A stretch of DNA of 64,000 nt from Eledone cirrhosa (lineage: Eukaryota), in NCBI GenBank assembly GCA_964016885.1, contig OZ024740.1, positions 375,658,001 through 375,722,000 on the forward strand. Direction: 5' to 3'. Shown piece by piece: positions 1-15,929 of this stretch (the first letter of the stretch is position 1; each line of letters begins with the position of its first letter). Under the pieces are notes generated by a model. That model worked only from the letters and a program-made list of their open reading frames with translations. It was not told where the DNA came from and did no database searches. A program made the position numbers and the translations under genes.

Positions 1-669
1 GCATATTATGCAAAAACACATCACAGAGATACAGTAGTTGTGTGAGGTTTGCGACTTATCAAGAGGATACCTCATTTAGAGTTTCAAAACACATCCGTAG
101 GACGTGAGATAGAATCCTGAAAGGCGGAGGGGGAGTCAATCACGTGATACAGCTGTCAAGAAACAGAGCTAAGCCTCTTACAACCAAGAAAAAAATACCA
201 CAAAGGCGGCGGGGGTACTTATATCAAAGCCGTATAAGAGATGGCTAGGATAGCGAGAAGTATGAGTAATGATAGTTTTCTAGCAGTCACTACACTTCAA
301 TGGTTACTCTACCATAGGGAGTTATAAACAATATAAAGAAATACACAGATACATGCGGACACATACATATACATGCATATATCCACATATATCCCTGAAT
401 TTGTGGTGCCAACCTCAACCGTTGTTGCTCTATGAATAACTGGGACACAATAATCCGAATGCATTAGATTGATTCAGTATCAGAGCTATATAATGCATTA
501 TAAAGAAAGAAGAAACATTACATATAATTAATGCAAACCTCAGTGTATCCCAGTGATGTAGTGTTTCTGCATAATATGCCACGAAACTACGTAGTCGAGG
601 ACTAATAAAGGAATTTGGATATGGTATATCTTATTAATTATATCTAATGATTCTTCTTTCTTTATAATG

Positions 670-763
<94 letters not shown>

Positions 764-911
764 ATGCTTTCGGAGGGTCATGTTGCTAATAAGAAACATA
801 CGCACTAGTTGCTTTCACTTCCCTTTATTACAAATTAAATTTATAAATTTAGGAATTTATAAATTTCCTGTTGGCTGGTTGGTTCCACAACCAGACGATT
901 GTTCATATATT

Positions 912-954
912 GTCAACGTTCTTTCGTCACACATTATGTGACCTATTCAGTGAC
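912..954 (-). ncRNA. Decayed minimal hammerhead in inverted pLTR
   Basis: Minus strand: gtca CTGAATA g gtcaca-taatg-tgtgac GAAA gaac gt tgac; two core mutations. Confidence 0.6.
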
Positions 955-1242
955 TGGGGATTATTTTCTTGGTTTTTGTGCCTCTCCATTCTTCTGTCCT
1001 ACGCCATCTTGTTTTTGTGTGTGTTGTGTGCTTAGTTTGCGCATGTGTTACATCTAGGTGTCTGTGTGTGTTTATAATTGTTTATTTATTTGTTTATTTA
1101 CATGTTACTGGTTGGTTATTTGTTCTATGTGTGTGTGTGTTTTTATTTTGTCCTTAATTGTAAGTTGTGATGTTCCTGTTCCATTCATGTTTTCTATTTA
1201 ATTTGTTGGACTTCATTTATTTGTATTGCCTCTGTGATTTGT

Positions 1243-3770
1243 AGAGTAGATATTAACAATGAGCCAGAGGAAAGAGACAGGAGTAATAATGAGAGACATA
1301 GAAACAACCCTGAGGCTGTTGGTGGAAATAGAAATAGAAAAAACACAACTAACAATGACACTAGCAATAGTACACATAAAGCAGCAGCCTGGAACTCTAT
1401 TTTTTATAATCCTTCCGATATGTACTTCGACCTACGAGGAGTCCACGCCACGACTTTAGCTTTTAACAAACGCACGCAATTGCCGTCGCAGGTCGATGAA
1501 CAAACAAAAGCACAATTTAGTATAGCTAGATCTAAACTTAGAAATATTATAGAACAGTATAGCAAGAAGCAAAATAGAATGGATGCCCAGCAACTGGGCG
1601 AAAAATCTGCAAATGTCTTGCGTATGCTCATGTAGCGCTCGCGTAATGGAGAGTATGCATGCTTTCCAAAAGACAATCTGGCAGAATGTCGCTTGACAGT
1701 CTGTCAAACTACATCCAGGCAATGCAACCCACATCACTAACACAAGAGAAGTAACACCACAAGAGCATGAGAATAGGGAAAAACCCTCAATGCCCATATG
1801 ATGATGTGGACAAATATAATGCAGCCCAACAAGAGGACTGCCAACAAATTCCAGGCCTGGAACAATGTCATGCCAGCGTTGTAAGGGCTTCGAAAAGACC
1901 ATAAAACGAGCAGTGACCCTGTCACAGGACCAACAACACGGCCAGTCTGTGGAGCTAACATTGCTAGTAACTACAGACTTTCCTACTTCCTCTCCCTGAT
2001 CATACGCCCCATCATTGAAATGTCCCCAGATATATGTGACAGCACGGAGGACCTCCTCAGTAGAATCAACGAAAGTAACCGATCTAGGGACCTAACAAAC
2101 TGCATAATAGATAGTATGGATCTTGTCTCCCTGTATCATCTATTGACGTGGATTTTGCTGTGGAGAAATGCGTAGAAATGATCAGTGAGAGCAATGTTGC
2201 GTTCCGTGGCATTGATACCAGTGAGCTGGGACACCTACTTAAACTTACCTATAGAAATAATTACCTAGACACATACGACATTAGCAACCTGTGCCCTACA
2301 AGACCAGCAAGAGGCAGACCACCTACCATTACCTCAATGGCCAAGAAAACCCACACAGATAGATGGAACGGGTGGTGAACCAGAGCCATACGCACCCCCG
2401 AAAACCACAATGAACTAAAGAAAATGATTGCACACGCATTCGGGGCCAGTATAAATTTAACCCTTAAGGAACATGTGTTCAAATTTAATGGAAAAACATA
2501 TGCCCAAGAGGAGGGAGCAGCCATTGGTGTAGGCATTGCAGGTGACATAGCTAACCTATGCATGGTATGGTGGGACAATAGACTTAATCTTAAACTTAAA
2601 GAACAATTAGAAGACAGCAACCTCATAATCCTGATAATGTACTCCCGCTACGTTGATGATATAAACATCGTAGTAAAAACATCCCCACTAGAGAACAGTC
2701 AGGAAGTAGAGAAACACACCATGGAAAGCATCCATCAAATAGCTAACTCCATCCACCAGAGTATTAGACTTACTATAGACTACCCAAGCAAACACCCCAA
2801 CCATCGATTACCTGTACTAGACACAGAGCTCTGGTTAGATACCATTAATAACAATAAACAAATCCTCCATTCCCATTATGCCAAACCCATGACTTCCAAA
2901 AGATCTGATCCACCGAAACTCAGCTGTTTCGGACCATACCAAAATCAACATACTGATTGCGGATTTGGTACGGGTGATGAGAAACGTGTTACGCATGTGC
3001 AACCCCAAAGAACTAGAGAGACACATAAAACACTTCATCCACCGTATGCAATTCTCTGGTTACAATCAGAGTGAAAAAATCAGAGTATATAGAGGAGCCA
3101 GAACGAAATAGGAAAAAATGGTAAATAATGATGCAAATGGGACCTGCCCCTTGTATAGGAGCAAATTTTGGAATAGAATAGAAAGAACTAGGAATAAGGT
3201 TAATAGAATAAACTCTTGGTATGATAGCAATAAATACCAGAGTGTAATGTTCATAGATACAACCCCTAGAGGTGAATTAGCTTACAAATTTAGAAGGGCC
3301 CTAGATAAACATAAACTCATGTTATGATAGTAGAAAGACCAGGTACCTCCATAAAAACACTTATTAGCAATACATACCCTTTTCAAAGACCTCCCTGTAT
3401 AGATAAGAAATGTATAATCTGTAAACTAAGCCCCAATATTAACTGTAAAACTAGAAATGTAGTATATAGCATAAGATGTAGGGAAGGACAATGTAGAGAT
3501 AAGAATATAGTGTACATAGGTGAGGCAGTTGGTAGTATAGGGGAACGAATAAATGAACACTGGCGTGAGCTTCAAGATAGTAAAGAATCATATGTACTCC
3601 ACCAACATGCTAAAATAGAACATAAGGGTAAATTAGAGAACATAGAAATAAAAATAGAATCTACACCCAGAAAAGACGCAATGTTTAGACAAATCACAGA
3701 AGCAATATACATAAATTAACTCCAACCAAAATCAAATAGAAAATATGAATGGAACAGCAACATCACAACT
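1243..3770 (+). pseudogene. Disrupted PLE polyprotein: reverse transcriptase, Cys-rich linker, GIY-YIG endonuclease
   Basis: Motifs across frames: LRKDHK..GPTTRPVCGA, SMDLVSLY, QEEGAAIG..IANLCMVWWD, RYVDD, LPVLD, CIDKKCIIC..NC, VVYSIRC..C..VYIGE..ERINEH, RQITEAIYI. Several stops and frameshifts. Confidence 0.9.
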
Positions 3771-3979
3771 TACAACTAAGGACAAAATAAAAGCACACAC
3801 ACACATATAACAAACAACCAACCAGAAACAGGTAAATAAACAAAATAAATAAACAATTATAAACACACACATACACCCTGATGTAACACATGCGCAAGCT
3901 AAGCACACAACACACACAAAAAGAAGATGGCGTAGGACAGGACAAAGGCGAGGCACAAAAACCAAGAACATAATCCCCA

Positions 3980-4022
3980 GTCATTGAAGAGGTCACAGAA
4001 TGTGTGACGAAAGAACTTTGAC
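3980..4022 (+). ncRNA. Minimal hammerhead in 3' pLTR (C3>T)
   Basis: gtca TTGAAGA g gtcaca-gaatg-tgtgac GAAA gaac TT tgac. Confidence 0.7.
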
Positions 4023-4232
4023 AATATATGAACAATCGTCTGGTTGTGGAACCAACCAGCCAACCGGAAATTTATAAATTCCTAAATTTATATATTTAAT
4101 CTATAATAAATTGAAGTGAAAGCGTCTGGTGCGTGTGTTTCTTATTGGCAACATGACCCTCCCAAAGCATAATAATATCGGTTTAAACACACGTTTTCAG
4201 CTAAAGAAACTTGCTAAACCAATTCAGAAACG

Positions 4233-4301
<69 letters not shown>

Positions 4302-4436
4302 TCTCCGTTTACGGTATTGTTTTGTAAAAAAAATATCCATAAAACAATTAGCAGTACTGAAATTGTAACCCTTGTCTCTATACGACTGACTAATTATTGA
4401 AAGCAGTAAATGCGTTAGTGTAACTACACATACACT

Positions 4437-4494
<58 letters not shown>

Positions 4495-4496
<2 letters not shown>

Positions 4497-6200
4497 GAGT
4501 TAAACAAGATTAAATGAATACATCAAAGAATGAGTTTTACAATAGATTGGAAGCACTCTACAAAAAAATATTTTCCAGAATTATTAATATTAATTCAAAA
4601 TATTAACAAAATAGATAATCTTGTGATCAATTATATTTTATTATACATATTTCAGAGGTATTGCATTAAGTTCAACAGTACGTCCTCATCAGATAAAATA
4701 AAATGATACATGATATACCCAGACATGGTAGATGGTTAAGATTTAATCAAGGTAGTGATTAACTTATGACAAAACTCAATATTTATACCCTAATATTTAG
4801 AACATGAGAAAACGTAATACAGACAATAGAGAGAGTGTGAGTAATATATTTTAAGAAATACATGGCATCAATATAACAGTTATAGCATTTTTAATTTTTA
4901 AAAACAACTAGAGAAAGAGGAGGGAAAGGAAAACATATAGGAAGAAACAGCTGATGTGATAACTTATTTAGTATTTAGCTTGAGAAGACATATGAAAGAT
5001 GATTAAAGAGAGAGACAAAGGGGAATAATTTATGTTCAAGTTTCTACACACAGATTCTTATATAGTATAGTTGGCGGTTAATTTTTAAAATATTTAATTT
5101 GTTATTTCAGGGTAAAGAATCAAATTTTAGGTTTAAAATGTACTAGGTATTTGTATTAATATTATAATATAATTATGTTAAATTTCTAAAATTCAAATTT
5201 TATGAAAACAAATTTAAAGGATTTACGAAACCCGAGAAAGAAAGAATATATATATATATATAATGTTTTATATCCCCACGAGGGTAATCTTTACCAAAAT
5301 TACTTATAATATTGACAAGTTTCTATAATATAAATTATAAGATATTTATAGTTATAACTATTAAATAATTTATTGTTAAATAGTTTGAGTGCCTAAAGTA
5401 TCAACCGGCCTTATAATTTAAATTAAATGGGTCAGTATGTTTAACTATATATATGCATTGATTATAGTTTATTTGTTCATATATTATATTAAGTAAATGA
5501 TTATATAAGTTCGACCTTCCAGGGAAAACCAAACACTTATAATAATACATAATTTCAATTGATTGTTTAAATTATTTACAAATGTAACTACGATTATGTT
5601 TTTATAATTTGGAGATCGTTATATATATATAATGTTAAGGGTAATGGATACGCGGAGATGTTACTACGTCTACATATGATTTGGCTTCATGCATTCTGCA
5701 TTCACATTCTGTTGCATCTGTTTGCATTTTAGCCAGCCTTGTAGTATTAGCAATAGAGAGAAATAGAATCATTGTTTCCTTGGCCCGATTTAACAACCGG
5801 TACTGTTCCTCACATTTTAATTATTTGGTTTATTTATTTGCATTAGCTTGATGATATTCAATATTTGTCTTGATCAGAACTTTGCTGGTGGAAACTATGT
5901 AATGTCGCTACGGGGATTTGATAGCTACGGCGAATCATATAGGAATGTGGTTTGTAGTCAAATCATTGTGCTTAATTATTCCATTCGGAATGTTGCAATT
6001 TAAAACTGTAGGAAACTTCTGCTATCAGATTATATTCGGCTGTTACGGGAAAATGAGTATTTTCAATTTCAAAATGTTAATAGTAGATACCAGCTTCCTT
6101 CAAATAAACATTTTCAATTCTACAGTGTCATTTGCCCTACGTATATAAATTCAAAATATGATTGGAGAATCATGGCCTTATCATACAAATAGTAAAACGC
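4495..6200 (-). mobile_element. Old PLE 3' fragment/pLTR with hammerhead (4630-4704)
   Basis: 4600-5250 is homologous to 15950-16510. Minus strand has ttttat CTGATGA ggacg...GAAA tatgta TA ataaaa. Weak GIY-YIG-like HYIVST near 5890-5910. Confidence 0.6.
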
Positions 6201-6654
6201 AGTGGGCTAATACGGAAACACGAGTCGCAGGTTATTTTCAATTACTTATCCCTTCATCAATCTCTATGATAAAGGTCCTTCTTTGAGATTACGAAATCAA
6301 TGCGAAATTGCTGCGTGAAAATGTTCCCAAAGCATTAGGATATAATAATAGTCAATATATATTTAGCATTTTCTGAAAAGATGATAAGGCAGGGATTATT
6401 ATTTTTAAAATGTTAACTGCCTATATCTACAAGTAAATCATATGCTATTTATAAAACATCGTCAGATTTTAGATACAGTCTATGAAAGCAATCATAAAGT
6501 TAATAACATTATGCAGAAATCATAAACAATTTAAATATAATGCATACTAAAGAATTATGTTCATATGAGAATATGCATTGCCTTCGGGCTATCTTCAGTA
6601 AAGAATCCAATGGAATTATTTTAAAGTAAATGTTAGGTTTAATATGTACGCATC

Positions 6655-6956
<302 letters not shown>

Positions 6957-7399
6957 TGATATTTAACAAAACAGAAGTTTAAATATTGTTAGCGAAATAA
7001 CCACAGTGTAGCTAGAAAATATAATACGTTTTCTATTTAATACTGTTAGAATTTATCAGACACCAAGTCGCTGTGTGCAGAAAATAGTGCGTAATGCTAC
7101 GATTCTCATACTTCGTACTATAATATTCAATGTAAAAATAAAATGTTAATGTTCATTCATATGTTGCCTCGGGATTAGAAATGAAAACAGCACAATCGTC
7201 AAAATTAAAATAAAGGCAGTTTAATAGGATAGATGAAGATGGTTTTTATTTACAATAATATAAGAGAAAAATAGGATATCCAATATATTATTAGAGACGC
7301 CAAAACAGTCACTACATATGTTATTAAATTTCGTAGTATATTGAATATTTTCACATAATAATAATTGCTTATTGGACACTTCCTTGTCTGATCTCTTAA

Positions 7400-7999
7400 A
7401 ACTGCAGATGCATTCTGGGTCTCTCGGGTCATTCTCGCAACACTCACCTTGTCATACATGTCGTAGGGGCAGCATTTCGCCCCTCAGCTTCAACTTCCAT
7501 TCCAAGTAGAACTTGAAAAAATTAATGAAGCCTTGGTCGAAGTGAAACGTATCTTCAGTATGTTTACACACATCCACCATACAGTAACCTTCGACCAAGC
7601 CACTAGACAGAGGACAACTGCTTGTCCTTCGTTACATGAGACAGCTTCACGGACATCGGAGAATGGGTCTGGTATGTCATTGTAAAATTCGTAAGATAGG
7701 CCATCCGAAAAGGACGCCCTGTGCTTCATAGATCACCTAGGTCTTCCCATATCTCGGCAGTTGTTATCGGCTTTTCACAAGACATCGCATCAGTCATCCA
7801 GAGCTGGTCTAGGCTGGTAGGAATCATTGTCCCTCACGATTTCCGTACACCTATTTGCGGCAAACATTTCGCCACACAGACTGCCACTAACGCTTTACTG
7901 CTATGACTACGACCTTAAATTGCCTAGTTCTGACCACAAAGCGGATGACCGACCACGACAATTCACATTCACAGACCAACGGCAAGAGCAAGAGCACAG

Positions 8000-8000
<1 letters not shown>
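7400..8000 (+). mobile_element. Possible old RTE-type LINE 3' remnant
   Basis: GC-richer patch; one frame gives LRYMRQLHGHRRMG...GHPKRT, loosely like the RTE C-terminal GHxxRM/GRP motifs. Confidence 0.3.
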
Positions 8001-8047
<47 letters not shown>

Positions 8048-8206
8048 GATGACAAGTTATCGTTTTAGGTAATCCAGTTAGAGGTTGTGAGTACTATGTA
8101 CTATGGATAGTTTGAGCGTATAGCGTTGTTTGACTCAACAAGTGGTTTCCTTATTTAGGTACCGAGTTTGCGAGAATTCCCATGCAGGTCATTCTTGGAG
8201 TAATAG

Positions 8207-8275
8207 TAGTGAAAGGGTGAAGAATAACATGGGTCGGCTGTACAGCCGACCATGTTATTCTTCACTCTTTCACTA
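8207..8275. repeat. Near-perfect fold-back palindrome
   Basis: tagtgaaagggtgaagaataacatgggtcggctgt/acagccgaccatgttattcttcactctttcacta. Confidence 0.9.
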
Positions 8276-8402
8276 TATATATATATATATATATATATAG
8301 GAAAATGTTCAAGAACATGTTCCCATTACGCACTCTACTGCCCTAAGTATTGAGTACTCTGGTGCGTTATGGTCCATCTGGTTCCTTACCACATTTCTTT
8401 CG

Positions 8403-8462
<60 letters not shown>

Positions 8463-8569
8463 GTTATTCCAGGTTGAATCGGAGGTGACCACAGTAAGTA
8501 AGGTACTCAATACATAGGAGAGTGTATATATATATGTATATATGTATATATGTATGTGTGTGTGTGTAT

Positions 8570-9420
8570 GTATCAAGGAACACACTAAAACCAGGGCCTC
8601 GTCTTTCCGGAAACACATAGACAAATGCGGAAACAAAGACGGAGGGACCATTGTCACAATTCTAGCGACTGAAAGAAACGTCGGCACGTTACGTATCAAG
8701 GAAGCGCTTTTTATCAAACGACTGCCACCGCAAATTAACAAGCGATGCAACAACACACAACACACGCACACTCACACGCAAACGAGACAACTTCACACAC
8801 ACACGCACACACACACAGTAGCATTCCACCATACGAACATACTACACTGCCAATACAGAGGAACAAGGCATCAACACACGCACACACACACACTCAAGCG
8901 AGACAACAACACACGTGCACACAGTAACATTTAACAAGCAGGCAGAGAATGGACTGACAGCTAGCGCCATCCCACTTCCCCATTCGGCCGCTGACCTCTG
9001 TACGACCGACCCCATTTCACGCGCACGCGCGCTCTGCCGAATACCTCAGATATTCAAAACAACAAACAGCGAAGGACGCGTTCCGGACTTGTCCGACAGA
9101 CAACCTTTTCCCCCACCCCGGAAAAAAACCCAGTTGATGGATATGAATCCGAAATATATAGGGACTATTAAATCTCTCCCAAGGTACCTCTCTCTTCTGT
9201 TGTTATTTTAATTTTATCCTTTATACTATTCCCTTCATTCTACACATCTCACACATCTAATACACACCACGCATCTTAACGTACACCCACTTACATCTCT
9301 CTCTCCACCAACGGACCTTGTTACCCGGAGATTTACCCATTTGCATTGTCGAGGCTTCCAAACGACTTAAAGGTATTTACTTATTGTTCAACAATGCTTC
9401 AAGCAAATTCAATACTCTCT
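8570..9420 (+). mobile_element. PLE 3' end: GIY-YIG C-terminus plus pLTR
   Basis: IKEH..FRKH..TILATE..LRIKEALFIKRLPPQINKR. 9050-9420 recurs inverted at 45563-45932. Confidence 0.75.
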
Positions 9421-9488
<68 letters not shown>

Positions 9489-9491
<3 letters not shown>

Positions 9492-11065
9492 AAAACGTAT
9501 GACCCCGACGGCAGAGCACTAGCCGTTTCGACGGCTATTTCTGGACTAAATTAAATTTGTTTAGCCTGGTGAATAAATAGCCGAACTTGTCAAGGAGGTA
9601 CTTCCTTATATGGGAAGATTGTAGACGTCAAGAGGATTGGTTGAAATTTGTTGTAAACACAAATAAGTCTATCATGGCATTTGGTGGCAGAACCTTCCTG
9701 TAGAACAATAGGGGAGTGAGTGGAGCGGTCAAGCGTTGAAAGTGATATGTATACAGCAGTATCTAAGGATAGTGTATGAAGTAGAGGAAGGAGGTTATAG
9801 AATAGGTAAATCGAATGAGAGTAGGAGACAATAAAAGATAATAGAAAATATATATATATATATATATAAAATTAGATAGTGAGAAAAGAATAAAAAATCA
9901 CAATGCTATCTTACAATTACAGGTTAATAAGTTGAGAATAGAAAAAAAGTTGTAGAAATTGAGTAGTAACAAAACGGATACACTTTCGGGCCACATCTGG
10001 GACCTCTAAGATAATAATATAACCTACACTCTCACTTGGAGCTTACTGTCCAGAGCTAACTCTTACACGGGAGGACGCCGTCCATGTAACTTATGCTCGG
10101 AGGAAACATTTCAAATGCTGTTTTCGAAGGACCAACTCCTAAACAAGTAAGACGATCTGGTAACCGCATGCAAACACAGATTGCGTAGGAATAACCTCGT
10201 CCTCAAACCCCATAACGACCCGGGAGGGTAGACAAGGGCTGCCCCCGACTCCCGACTTGTCGAATAAGTTAGGTGAAACCCCAGGTTACATAGGTAGATG
10301 TATCTGTTTTCTTTTCCTCTTTGTCTTCTTCTCCCCCCTGTCTCATCCTATCACTTCCTTCCACCCTCTATTTTCTTCCTCGTCTGCTTTTCCCATTTCG
10401 CCTACCCCTATGCAACCCATCTGGCCTCTGTAGCATCAAATCCCCCACCCCTGTAATGTTAAAATAGAATTGGTCGAATACGTTTTAACTAATTAAAGCA
10501 GGTGTGTCAAACCCCTTTTATTTTTGTATCAGTTTCGTTACTACTCAATTTCTACAAGTTGTTTTCTATTCTCAACTTATTAACCTGTAATTGTAAGATA
10601 GCATTGTGATTTTTTATTCTTTTCTCACTATCTAATTTTATATATTTTTTTTATTTTTTATATTATCTTTTATTGTCTCCTACTGTCATTCAATTTACCT
10701 ATTCTATAACCTCCCTCCTGCACTTCATACACTATCCTTAGATTCTGCTGTATACATATCACTTTCAACGCTTGACCGCTCCACTCACTCCCCTATTGTT
10801 CTACAGGCAATTTCAGCAACACCTCCCTCCCACCAAATGCCATGATAGACTTATTTGTGTTTACACAAATTTCAACCAATCCTCTTGACAACTATAATCT
10901 TCCCATATAAGGAAGTACCTCCTTGAAAAGTTTGGCTATTTATTCACAAGGCTAAAAATTCTAATTTAATCCAGAAATAGCCGTCGAAACGATAAGAGCT
11001 CTGCCGTCGGGGTCATACTTTTTCCTATTTCCCACTCTACTACACTAAGTATTGAGTACTCTGGT
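9489..11065 (+). mobile_element. Short PLE with ~490 bp inverted pLTR arms
   Basis: 9489-9985 is inverted at ~10530-11025. The core encodes WSLLSRANSYTGGRRPCNLCSEE..LLNK*DDLVTACKHR (GIY-YIG C-terminus). Confidence 0.85.
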
Positions 11066-11238
11066 ATATACATACACACATATACATACACGTACACATA
11101 CATATATGCACGTATCAGTTTAGCGGACGCTTATTATAACGCCGCTTTGTTCGTTTGTAAACAAACTGAACAGCCTGAATTTATGCCGTACGGTGTTAAG
11201 GCAACCACGTCACCTTTTTGTTCAACACTGACACAGGA

Positions 11239-11281
11239 ACGATGTACTAGTTTCAAGCTTGTTAGCTATCATCAGCACCGT
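11239..11281 (-). ncRNA. Intact type I minimal hammerhead ribozyme
   Basis: acggtg CTGATGA t agct-aaca-agct t GAAA ctag TA catcgt; 6-bp stem I and palindromic loop III. Confidence 0.9.
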
Positions 11282-11517
11282 ATACCCTTCTGCCAGATAG
11301 TTGAACGTTCGAAAGTATATACTTTCCTTATGAAAATTAACGGCTGAGCAGCCTAATTTGCATAACGAGTGAGTTAAGTCGGTCAGGCATACCGAAAACG
11401 ATAAGTTGAAATAAAATGAAAACGAAATTTAATTTCTCACTCTTAGAACGGCACTTACTTAAATGTAAGTATGTATGTATACGTACATACATATATGTAT
11501 ACAGACGTACAGTAGCA

Positions 11518-11555
<38 letters not shown>

Positions 11556-11662
11556 CACACATATACATACAGGTACACATACATATATGCACGTATCAGT
11601 TAATTAATTTTCATGAGGAAAGTATATACTTTCGAACGTTCAACTATCTGGCAGAAGAGTAT

Positions 11663-11705
11663 ACGGTGCTGATGATAGCTAACACGCTTGAAACTAGTAC
11701 ATCGT
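11663..11705 (+). ncRNA. Intact type I minimal hammerhead ribozyme
   Basis: acggtg CTGATGA t agc-taacac-gct t GAAA ctag TA catcgt; predicted cut after 11699. Confidence 0.9.
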
Positions 11706-11876
11706 TCCTGTGTCAGTGTTGAACAAAAAGGTGACGTGGTTGCCTTAACACCGTACGGCATAAATTCAGGCTATTCATTTTATTTACAAACGAACAAAGC
11801 GGCGTTATAATAAGCGTCCGCTAAACTGATACGTGCATACATGTATGTGTACCTGTATGTATATGTGTGTATGTAT

Positions 11877-11958
<82 letters not shown>

Positions 11959-12073
11959 GCATGCTACTGTAGGTCTGTATACATATATGTATGTACGTAT
12001 ACATACATACTTACATTTAAGTAAGTGCCGTACTAAGAGTGAGAAATGAAATTTCGTTTTCATTTTATTTCAA

Positions 12074-12382
<309 letters not shown>

Positions 12383-12889
12383 TGAATGTCTCTGTTGACA
12401 CCTGGAATATAGCTTAAGAGAAATATGACAATAATTATATGATAGGCAACCAATATTGTGAACTGGTTTATAGAATTCACTTGGACTTTGTCACTCTAAC
12501 TAGCGCTTTAAAGAATTAGCTTTTAAAGAATTTCCCTTTTCTTTAAATCCATCAACCATGACCGACCCCCAACGATCTTATAGACACCTGAAATATAGGC
12601 ATTGTTAGCTTAAGAGAGACTTAAAAATAAGGAGTGGCACCCCAATCTGAACTTGTTTATAGAATTCTTTCTGATTTGTCATTCTAAATATAAATTATTG
12701 CCTTAACGAATTAGCTTTTAATTAATTCCCTTTTCTTTCCACCAATTACCTCCACCCATCCCACTCCCCACTCTCTATTACCACCTGAAAAGATATAAAT
12801 ACCACAACATTTATTTTTGGAAAGCCAGATTCCTGATGATTTCTAGAGAATGAAACAGTTCTAGTCCTGTAGAATCTCATCTATATTAA

Positions 12890-12937
<48 letters not shown>

Positions 12938-13509
12938 GTGTGCATGCGCGAGAGTATACACGCACACAAAGAATCATAAAAATTCAGACTGACACACGTA
13001 CTCTGTTATAAATTAACAGACACCAAATCGCTGTGTGCAGGAAATAGTCTCTAATGCCACGATTTTCATACTTCGTACTATAACATTCAATGTAGGTAGA
13101 CTAAAGTGTTCCCTACTTTAATAGACATATATACACACTCATACACATATAGAAACGTACGTACACACACGTACAGGAAGACATGCACATAAAAGATTTC
13201 ACACACACACACGTGTATGCACTCATACAAATTCACAAACTCATGCTCACACAAACAAACAAAAAGTCACAGACACACATGGGTATACGCTGACACACAC
13301 ATGCAAACACTTACATGCACATACGCATGCACATGCGCATACAGATAATAGGCTATAAAACCTCTCACACGTACGTGCATACACAAACGTACGTACACAT
13401 ACATGCACAAATAAAAATCAGAAGAATTTTCAGACACACACATGTATACATGTCTCCACAAACAATACATAACACTCACAAACACACATGTTTATATACA
13501 CAAATACAT

Positions 13510-14495
<986 letters not shown>

Positions 14496-14544
14496 AAATG
14501 ACAAGAGTCAGAACTGGTTACATTTCTTCAAAGATTTATTTCAG

Positions 14545-14608
14545 CAAACACTATGTACATTTCAGTGGCATGGTCACGTAAGATCCTGGTGATATCATCA
14601 GATCTTTA
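14545..14608 (-). ncRNA. Hammerhead motif
   Basis: taaagat CTGATGA tatcac...gtgaccatgccact GAAA tgtaca TA gtgtttg. A related motif lies at 46478-46530. Confidence 0.65.
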
Positions 14609-15929
14609 TTGCGAAATCGTTATATAATAAAGGAATAATGGTTAACATAATCCAAGAACCTATAAGGAGAGAAAGCAGAGAAAGAATTGTTGTTGACAAT
14701 TTGTCTGACTGCCTTCGAGTGGAAATTCCCATCTATTTTGTCTTACCGGTTCGGTCAAGGATTTGTATGTTTATTAAGCTTATTACTACGACCCTAGCAT
14801 TCATTACTATTTAAACACACGCTTTTGTTGGAAGGGGTAAAGAAGATCCGGTTACAGAGAAATATGTTCTATTGGGGTCAAGCCTAAAATTTGATAAAAA
14901 TATAATGGACGGGGGTGAAGTTGAGAATTCTGAAATTAGAAAGTTTTAAGTTTAAAATTAAAGTTAAGATTAAGGATTAAAAATGGTAAGATTAAAAATT
15001 AAAAATTAAAATAGAAAGATTTCATTAAACATTTAAGAGAAGGATGCATTTATATAAAAATTAAAACAAAGTAGGAATTAATGAAACTAGACATTTTAGT
15101 ATGACTATTAAATATATATTTAATTCTAATATAAATGCACCATTCTCCTAAATATTTCAATAAATCTTTAAATTATAATTTTTGATTTTAAAATGTTTAA
15201 TCTTCAATGTTGATACTTATGCTTACTTCCCATATTTTGTATCCTCGTAATATTCTTATGACACAATTCTGATATTATACTTGTGTTTTAACCTTTATTA
15301 TATACTCCGATAGAGCCGGCCTTGTGGTACGATGAAACGATCGTGATTAAATATTTTAAACACTCTTTGAGTGATTGTTAATGATAATTGTTATATATAT
15401 ATATTATATATATATATATATATAAGTAAAAATTAGCGAGGATCGAATTTCAGCCTATTAAATAACTAAAAAAACACTTTCGAATTGTGAGGCAAGCGCT
15501 CAATAATTCAAAAGAATTAGAGCTTACAACTTACGTTAAAGGCCAAACACACTGAGATGGTGGTTAAACTAATTATCCACACAGCGAAGATTCGATCTCC
15601 TATTTCGGGTCAAACAGATATACAGATATACAAATATATGAAAGCATAAATGTTTTATACTCACCGGACCCCTGGAATGATGTTAAAGTACAGTGTTGGG
15701 GTTTCTGCGGCTCCATAAGTCATTTACTGTCCACTTACATAAAGGATGTTAAGTTTCTCGTATCCTGACTGAACTAGGAGTGCGCGTTATCAACGGGATT
15801 CAGTTCTAAAGACCACATAGATGTGTCTGTAACTGACTCCACGTGGGGTTCAGCAACGGAGGCAACACCTAAATTAGGCGAATGAATTCATCTGTGTATA
15901 ATATTAGGAAAATGCAAAATATCACAAAT

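Larger units (their letters stand above)
759..4177 (+). mobile_element. Penelope-like retroelement (probably Naiad clade), 5'-truncated, with inverted 5' pLTR
   Basis: 759-1242 is the reverse complement of 3689-4177. The interior carries a broken RT + GIY-YIG ORF. (TA)n tracts flank the element. Confidence 0.9.

Noticed and set aside
55-105. Possible decayed HHR at the window start
   Set aside because: Too many mismatches to support.
2376-2378. In-frame TGA in the Naiad-like ORF as selenocysteine (some Naiads encode selenoproteins)
   Set aside because: The ORF also has TAA/TAG stops and frameshifts, linker cysteines use normal codons, and I saw no SECIS downstream.
15305-15346. HHR-like CCGATAGA...GAAA cgatcg TG
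   Set aside because: Core, stems and cleavage triplet are all damaged; possible relic only.
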